Below, in pieces: positions 56,897 through 64,000 of a DNA stretch of 64,000 bases. The stretch is from Ministeria vibrans ATCC 50519 (taxonomy: Eukaryota; Protista; Filasterea). The translations under genes and the position numbers were made by a program. The DNA is taken from contig CALSCP010000368.1 in NCBI GenBank assembly GCA_943704425.1, forward strand, positions 3,069-67,068, given 5' to 3'. The notes under the pieces were generated by a model. That model was not told the DNA's origin, did not search any database, and saw only the letters and a program-made list of their open reading frames with translations. Numbering within the stretch: position 1 is the stretch's first letter; each line of letters starts with the position of its first letter.

Positions 56897-58140
56897 TAAG
56901 AAAGAGAAGAAGAAGTCGCGTGCGGAAATACTTGAGAGACAGCGCGAGACAAAGCGACAGAAGCAACGCGAGCGCAATCTTCGCAAGCGTCTCAAGCGAA
57001 AGGAAGAAGCCATCGCGGCGGCAGCAGGAGAAGGAGGAGGTGACGAGGCGACGAAAAAACCAAAGGTAGTGCGACAGGCAAAAGCAGCGGATGTTGAGGT
57101 GCAGGAGGCGTATGACTTTAAAGCAATGCAAATGGGCGACGCTGAGGATGAGAGTGACCACGACAACGGCGATGATGATGATGATGATGATAAGGAGGAG
57201 GAGGACGACGACGATGACGATGACGAGAACGATGAGGGACTCATGGGTGAAGATGTGGACATGGAGGGCGACTACAGCGCGTGGCAGTCGCTCAAGGTGC
57301 ATCCCGACCTGATTATGGGACTACGTCGACTGCGCTTCACGGAACCCACTGAAATTCAGCGAAAAACGCTACCGGCAACGCTGCAAGGACGCCGCGACAT
57401 GGTAGGGGCGGCGGAGACAGGCTCAGGCAAGACACTGGCGTTTGCCATGCCTATTTTGCAGCACATTGTGTACAAGAAGATTGCGCGTAAGCTCACGGCA
57501 CTGATTGTGACGCCCACGCGCGAGCTCGCGATGCAGGTGCGTGACCACATCCGTGGGGTATCGCAGCATCTGGCGGTGCGCACAGTGGCGATTGTGGGTG
57601 GAATTGCGGTGCCCAAGCAGGAGCGGCTGCTGCGCGCTCAACCTGAGATCATCGTGGCAACGCCCGGTCGGCTGTGGGAGCTCATCCAGCAGGGCAATGC
57701 ACATCTCAAGACCATCTCCAGCGATCTGCGCTTCTTTGTTGCCGACGAAGCGGACCGAATGATTGAGCGGGGTCACTACGAAGAGCTGGACCGCATTGTG
57801 AGTGTGCTCCCGCAGCAGAGCAACGTGCGCAAGTACATCTTCAGTGCCACTCTGCTGCCGCCCGAGAACATTCTGCTTAATCGCAAGTCGCAGCATGCCA
57901 AACCCCAGAGCAAGTCCAAGAAGAAGGCAACAGCCGCACCCGTTTCGTCGCTTGAACAGCTCGTTGCGCGCTTGGCTCTGGCACCCTCGCCCGTCGTCAT
58001 CGACCTTACCCGCCGCAATCTGCTGGCCGGCTCACTCACCGAGGCCCATGTTATGTGCACCGTCGAGGAGAAGGATCTATATCTCTACTACTTTATCAAG
58101 AGGTATTAATATTTGCTTGTCACTTAGACATACTGATTGT

Positions 58141-58186
<46 letters not shown>

Positions 58187-58378
58187 TAGGTATCCGGGAA
58201 AAACATTGGTGTTTGTAAACAGCATTGATTGCATCCGGCGGCTTGTGTCGATCCTCACGCTGCTGGACATTGAGCCCCTGGCTCTCCACGCTAACATGCA
58301 GCAACGCCAGCGCCTCAAAAACCTCGATCGGTACGAAGAGTGCAACGAGTGACAGCTGACCATCTCATCTCTCCCTAT

Positions 58379-58458
<80 letters not shown>

Positions 58459-59339
58459 ANNNNNNNNCTGCAGGGCTCGTTGCGCGGAGGCAATTGCAGC
58501 TGTGACTGTTTGTGCGGTTGCGACTGTGGTTTTTTTGTAGATTCCGTGAGCGCAGCGAGTGTGTGATTGTGGCGACTGATGTGGCAGCGCGTGGACTTGA
58601 CATTCCCGGAGTGCAACATGTGGTGCACTATCAGCTGCCGCGCACAGTGGAGGTGTATGTGCACCGCAGTGGACGCACAGCAAGGGCACACACGCAAGGC
58701 ATCAGCGTCGCCATTGTGTCCCCGCCCGACCTGCCTGCCTTCCGGAACATTCTCAGCGCCCTTCACACGAGCGTAGCATCGGACGATGTGGTGGTGGCGG
58801 AGAAGGACGAGGACGCTGTGACGTCGCGCATTCCCGCATTCCCCGTCGACTCTGCCTACCTGGCGCCACTGCGTCGCCATCTGGTGCTTGCGCGCAAGGT
58901 TGACAAGGCAATGCATTCAGCACGCAAAACCAAGAGTGCCAATGACTGGTTTGTGAACGCGGCGCGCGACCTCGACCTTGAGCTTGACGACGATCTGCTC
59001 GAGGACATTGGTTCCGAGGACGAGGTGCGCGGAGGTGAAGACGACGGACTGTCGCGTGCGCAGCAGAAGAAACAGGCGGCGCGACAGGCGCTTCAGCGAG
59101 CCGAGGCGATGCGTCGCGATCTCCTTCAAATGATTCGTGAGCAACCCATTATTCCGCGTGGCCTGTCGCAGCGGTACGTCGCCGATGGAAGCGCCACCCA
59201 GTGGCTCTCGGTGCGTGACGGCGAGATGGTCTCGGCGGCTGCCGAGTGTAGCAAGACGGCTGCCGTCGACGCGGTCAAGGGCAAGGGCAAGAAGCGCAAG
59301 CGTGCCGTCGACGACGAGGCTGGCGACGACGAAGAGTGA
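56252..59339 (+). CDS. DDX24: DEAD-box RNA helicase DDX24/Mak5
   Basis: [38 protein letters not shown] and [10 protein letters not shown], plus DDX24-like KDLYLYYF and QRLKNLDRF. Confidence 0.9.
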
Positions 59340-59444
59340 AGTGTCGAGCAGTGTACAAAAAACCCGTTTTCGTATTGAGATCAAGATGAATTCAAGTGCT
59401 TTACAAACAGACCATGTACAGGGGAGGGAGGGAGGTGTGGACGT

Positions 59445-59748
59445 CTATGCGCTGCGAGATGCATGCTGGAGGATGGCAAGAATGTCCTTTGGCGAGACAT
59501 TGAGACGCAGCATTTCGGCCAACTGCAAAAGAAAGGGTCAGATTGACTGAATGCGGGCTTGCCAGTGCGGTACACGTACAATACGAACAATCTCTGGGTT
59601 GATGTTGAGTCCGCTGAGGTTGCACAGCTGAACCAGGGCAGCTAGGGGAGAGAGTGGTTGACAAATTTGAAAAAGTGGCGCGAAGACAGAAAATCGTACT
59701 GTCCACTTCCGCAGTCGGTCCCATGCTGCTTTGAAGTGACGACTCCAT
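59445..59748 (-). CDS. MZT2: MOZART2 (MZT2)-like micro-protein, 62 aa, three exons
   Basis: Exons 59748-59700, 59641-59580 and 59522-59445 give ..ALVQLCNLSGLNINPEIVRILAEMLRLNVSPKDILAILQ.., which resembles the MZT2 core (IDPDVFKILVDLLKLNVAP). Confidence 0.7.
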
Positions 59749-60088
59749 ACTGTGTTAGAATATGGCTGTGAGCAGTGAAACAGGAACTACGATTCAATAT
59801 GATTGAAAATTTGAATGTTCTGAATAGTATTGTTGATTGTTCATTGTTGTCTGTCGAATTGTTGCATGAGTGTTGACAGTTGACAGACGGACCAGCCAGA
59901 GTTGTGCATTTGTTGAAGATTGATCATTGACAGCACTACGTAGTACGTAGCTATTAACTAGCCTGATGGCGGGCTAACGCGTGACGGCCGGTGACGGCCT
60001 GACGGGAAGGAGGTGCGTTTTCGGTGCGTTGTATTTTGCGATCGCAGTAGTGAAACTGATCATTGATTGATTTCAAAAAAATTGACCG

Positions 60089-61572
60089 ATGCCCTCCGTC
60101 GACCCTTGGAGTATGCTGGATACTATTGGCGAGGTCAGGACTCAGGACTCAGGAATACAGATGAGCCATCCATTATTCTTTCCACTCACACTCCCTCTCC
60201 TCTCCTCTCCTCTTTGTTTCGTACAGGGCGCCGTTCAATTGGTGTCGTTCCTCCTCTCGGCGACCTATGGTCTCGAGCCTGAGTACTGGATTCTGGTTCC
60301 GATTGCGCTGGCAGCCGTGGTCTTTGCGTGTGTTCTCGTCGTGCAGTATCTCTTCGTCGCAATGGACTACCGCAAAGCAGCGCCCCCAGTGCCCTCCGGA
60401 GGTCCTCCCCGCCACCTTGCCTCGCGCATGCCACCTCCCTACCCCAATGGCTGGTTTTCCTTGTGTCTCTCGAGCGATCTCAAGTGTGGGGCAGTGCGAG
60501 ACGTGAGCTGTCTCGGCCTGGACCTTGTCGCCTTTCGCGGCAAGACCGGCACAGTACGTTCTGGCTGATCGCGCCTCACTCGCTTCGCACACCTTCTCAC
60601 AGACAGACTATTTTTCCATAGATCAATGTAATGGACAAGTACTGTCCTCATCTGGGCGCCGATTTGGCAGTCGGTGGCAAAGTGGTCGGCAAGAATTGCC
60701 TGCGCTGTCCCTTTCACGGATGGGTTTTTGACGGCGTGTCTGGTGCGTGTATTCACGCCGAGTACGCACCGGAGCGCACACCACCGACGACAGCCTCCTT
60801 CAAGACACGTGTTTACACCTGCCGTGAGGCGTACGGCATGGTATTTCTGTGGCACCACTGCGACGCCAGTGTCGCACCACAGTGGGACATTGAGACGCCG
60901 GAAGGCGTGTTCGAGGCACCCTCTGAAGCGACCCGTTGGCAGGGACCCTCGGTGATGCGGGGGTGGCGCTATCATGGCCGCAGTGAGCACCTGGTGGCGT
61001 GTCATGTGCAGGAGATTCCTGAGAATGGGGCGGACGTCGCGCACCTCAACGTGCTCCATCCGCCCTTCATGTACGCGTGGGGCACGGGGGTGTTCACACA
61101 CGACTTTGCCGCACGATGGGCAGTCGACCAGCACCGGCCACACATGAGCGATGTTAAGGTGGCACAGTCGCTCAAGGTACTTGGGATGCGCATTCCCGGG
61201 ACCACCGTAGACGTGCAGGTGCGCCAGACGGCCGGCTTTGTCACCGAGACCTTCCGTCTGCCGCTGCTGGGCCAGATTATGATTGTCGAGTCGATCACGC
61301 CGGTGCGGCCACTGCTGCAGCGTGCCACTCACATTGTTCTGGGCCAGTGGTGGATCCCGCGCGCACTCTGCAAGTTTATTCTTTGGGGACTCGTCGTGCA
61401 GTTTGAGCGTGATGTTGACATTTGGAATGCCAAGCAATTCCGCGCCGCACCCGCACTGCTCTCCGACGAAAAGAACATTACCGACTACCGCCGCTGGTAC
61501 AAAAAGTTTTATTCCGACGAGAGTGTGTCGTTTGCTGATGCGTGGAAGCGCCAGAGCAATCTTGAGTGGTAG
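60089..61572 (+). CDS. nvd: Rieske-type sterol C7-desaturase (Neverland/DAF-36 family)
   Basis: N-terminal TM, PPPYPNGW, Rieske CPHLG..CPFHGW, EIPENGADVAHLNVLH and QFERDVDIWNAK. Confidence 0.92.
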
Positions 61573-61666
61573 TGTATAATTTTTCTTTCTTTGTTTACTT
61601 CGCCGTTGCATTGTTTTTGTTTGTTTGTTTGTTTTCTCTTTGAGGTGTTCGGTGGGCTATTCCCTT

Positions 61667-62342
61667 TCACGTGGTGTTCACAAGTGGGTTAGTGAGGAGG
61701 GTTTTGAGGAGCTCAATGGGTAGGCCGAGCAGGGAGGCATGAGTGCCCGTGCGCTCGCCAAGGAAAGGTTTGAGTTCGTCTGCGTCGACACGAAAGCCAC
61801 CACAGCACTTCATGATGTCTCCCTGTTCAATGAGAGCATCGACAATGGGTGCAGGAATTGGGAGAAACTTTTGGGTGGCAATATCGACGGCCGAGACACG
61901 CGATTTAGTACGTGTGTTGGTGACTACAATCGCAGCGACCGTCAGGGCCGGCTCGTCCTCGTAGCTGCGCAGGTAGCCTCGGCACGCATCGGCATCCACT
62001 GGCTTTTCGCGGATCTTTCCGTTGTGTACGCACACTTGATCGCACGTAATGAGAAGTGACTCGGGCTAAGGGTCAAGAAGATGAAGAAGCAGTGGCTTGT
62101 TGGGTTGAGTGTCTCACCGTGGAATCGGGAAGCGTGGCAAGAATGTGGTCGGCTTTGGCCACTGCAATGGCTTGTGTCAACAGGGTTGCATCAGACTCGT
62201 CGCGGGGACAGTCGCTGCGGACGGTAATGGCGTATTCGTCAATGTCAGCGGACACAAACTGGACGGGAATGATCTCAGGCGCCTCTTGCTTCAGAATCAG
62301 TTTGCGGAACTTGGAGGACGATCCGAATATGACAGGAAGCAT
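61667..62342 (-). CDS. Maf-family nucleoside triphosphate pyrophosphatase
   Basis: IFGSSSKFRKLIL, ADIDE, LITCDQV..IREKP, CCGGF and LLGLP. Confidence 0.88.
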
Positions 62343-62534
62343 TGATGAATGGTGAGTGAAGGGGAGGGAGGAAAAGTCAAGAAACAACAAAAGGGACTCA
62401 CAGTTAGAAAAGTGTATGAAAATATATTCTGATTCTTCTCTGGTTGACTCTTGAGTTAAGTTTCACACACACACACACACAGTTTTTCTCCCTTGATTGG
62501 AATCGTGTGCCACCGCTTTTGAATCGGCACGCTC

Positions 62535-63656
62535 ATGGCGACTGCACACTATTCAGTATGGTAGTTGTGAGCCCCAATCGCACGTCTCAACGCATCCATC
62601 AACTGTAGGCAACGGCAACGCTTGGGCGTCGCGAACCAGGCTTTGCCACCATCATTATGAAGCCAGATTATGCTGCTATTGACTACCCAAGGTGAGCAAA
62701 CTGACAAGGGCTGTGCACGCACAGACTCACACTGTGTGTGTGTCAGTGGACTTCTCGCGGACCATCTCGACGAGGGAACACCCTTGCGTGTGTCTGTCAA
62801 GGTCATCGACGACTCGCAGGCAACGCGGGCGTCGGCGCTACAAAAGAAGATCTTTAGACTGAGCGAGCGAGGTAAGGGAGGGAGGAGACCGGGAGGGAGG
62901 GAAAAGCGCACGCAATTGGCTCACTCCAAGAATCGCCCTTGCAGACTTCATTGCGGCCATTCCCCCGTCACGCGACCCTGTGCCGGGACTTCACGAGATG
63001 CTGCCTCGCACGTTGTACATGGCGTCGCGCGAAGTCATCTACGACATGCCGCTGTTGCTGTCGCAGCAAGTGTCGCACGCCATTTTGTGCGTCCGTGAAC
63101 TTGACGACAATCTCAAGACCATGTACGAGCGCGAGAACGTCTCATTCATCGTGGTCAAGGCCACCGATGCGTCGCCGTCTGACATTCTCATGGATCAGTG
63201 CCAGGAAGCCTTTAAATTTATCAGTATCGAGCAACGAAAGTGGAATGTTTTGTTTGGGCTTTTCTCATTTTTTCTCTTATTTGTTTTATTATCTTTTTGT
63301 ACATAGATCGAGCGCGAGCAAGTAACGGCCGCGTGATGGTGTGTGGCAGCGAAGGATCGCAGCTGATAGCACAGACGCTGGTACTTGCGTACCTGATCCA
63401 GTCGACACGCTCGCCCCTGCATGTTGTCTTTGACTTCATGCTCAGACGCTCACCCGACTTTCTCCCGTCGTTTGCCCTCGCGTCCGTACTGCAGCAAATC
63501 GAGTGTGCCACGCTGAAGACACGACCTGAGTTTCTTGCGCAGTACGTGATGAAGCTGATGGCAGGATGGGAGGTGGAACAGGAGACACTGGTGACTGCGC
63601 TGGAGGAGGCGCAACTCAACTGCGCATTGGCCATTGACGCGCTCTGTCGCGAATAG
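62535..63656 (+). CDS. Dual-specificity phosphatase-like protein (catalytic motif degenerate) with C-terminal UBA-like segment
   Basis: EMLPRTLYM, VSHAILC, AFKFI and GRVMVCGSEGSQLIAQTLVLAYLI (DSP HCxxGxxR not conserved). The tail resembles UBA. Confidence 0.7.
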
Positions 63657-63899
63657 CTATTGAACGTCATTGAACCAACTGTACAATATGATAGGATGTC
63701 TATTTTTGTTTTCTCTCTCTCCATCACTTTCGTTTCTTTATCTTTCTCCTTGTGCAATTAATGTAGTTTGTTTTTTATTGGTCGTGGGGGAAATCAAGGA
63801 CAACGCGAGTGCGGCGCAGTTGAGTGCGACTGCGCTTTAGATACACTTTCAAACCCGTTTTCACCGACAGAAAGACAACCATTCCCTAAAAGAGATAGA

Positions 63900-64000
63900 T
63901 AGAAAGAGAGAGAGGAGAAGGAAACACAGTGATAGAGAGAGAGGAGAAAGAAACAAGGTGATCGAAAGAAACACAGTGATCGAAAGAAACACAGTGATCG
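63900..64000. repeat. GAAACA(C/A)AGTGAT tandem units (reverse complement of the intronic minisatellite family)
   Basis: AAAGAAACACAGTGATCG repeated at the right edge. Confidence 0.85.

Overview
Very compact, intron-rich eukaryotic (protist) genomic DNA. It uses the standard code (TAA, TAG and TGA all serve as stops), has short GT-AG introns, microsatellite-filled introns and a few N gaps. The gene set (AK9, NUP43, MZT2-like, Neverland, STRIP1, Slo-type K channel) is compatible with a flagellated amorphean or holozoan-like unicell, but the taxon cannot be fixed from sequence alone. About 28 protein genes were identified by eye, many with intergenic gaps under 100 bp. Two observations stand out. 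(1) A divergent eRF1 release-factor gene is broken once, just after the GGQ motif, by CTT-TAA-C with the homology continuing gap-free in the +1 frame and a hairpin just 3' of the stop. This is the architecture of the bacterial RF2 autoregulatory frameshift, here in a cellular eukaryotic eRF1. (2) An ~860-nt non-coding, apparently highly structured interval contains the telomerase-template sequence CTAACCCTAACC with a candidate boundary helix, pseudoknot and enclosing helices, making it a candidate telomerase RNA gene. Also noted: a MZT2-like micro-gene hidden from the ORF track, a signal-peptide SET protein ending in HQDL, and shared motifs in long first introns. All exon boundaries and RNA pairings were read manually.
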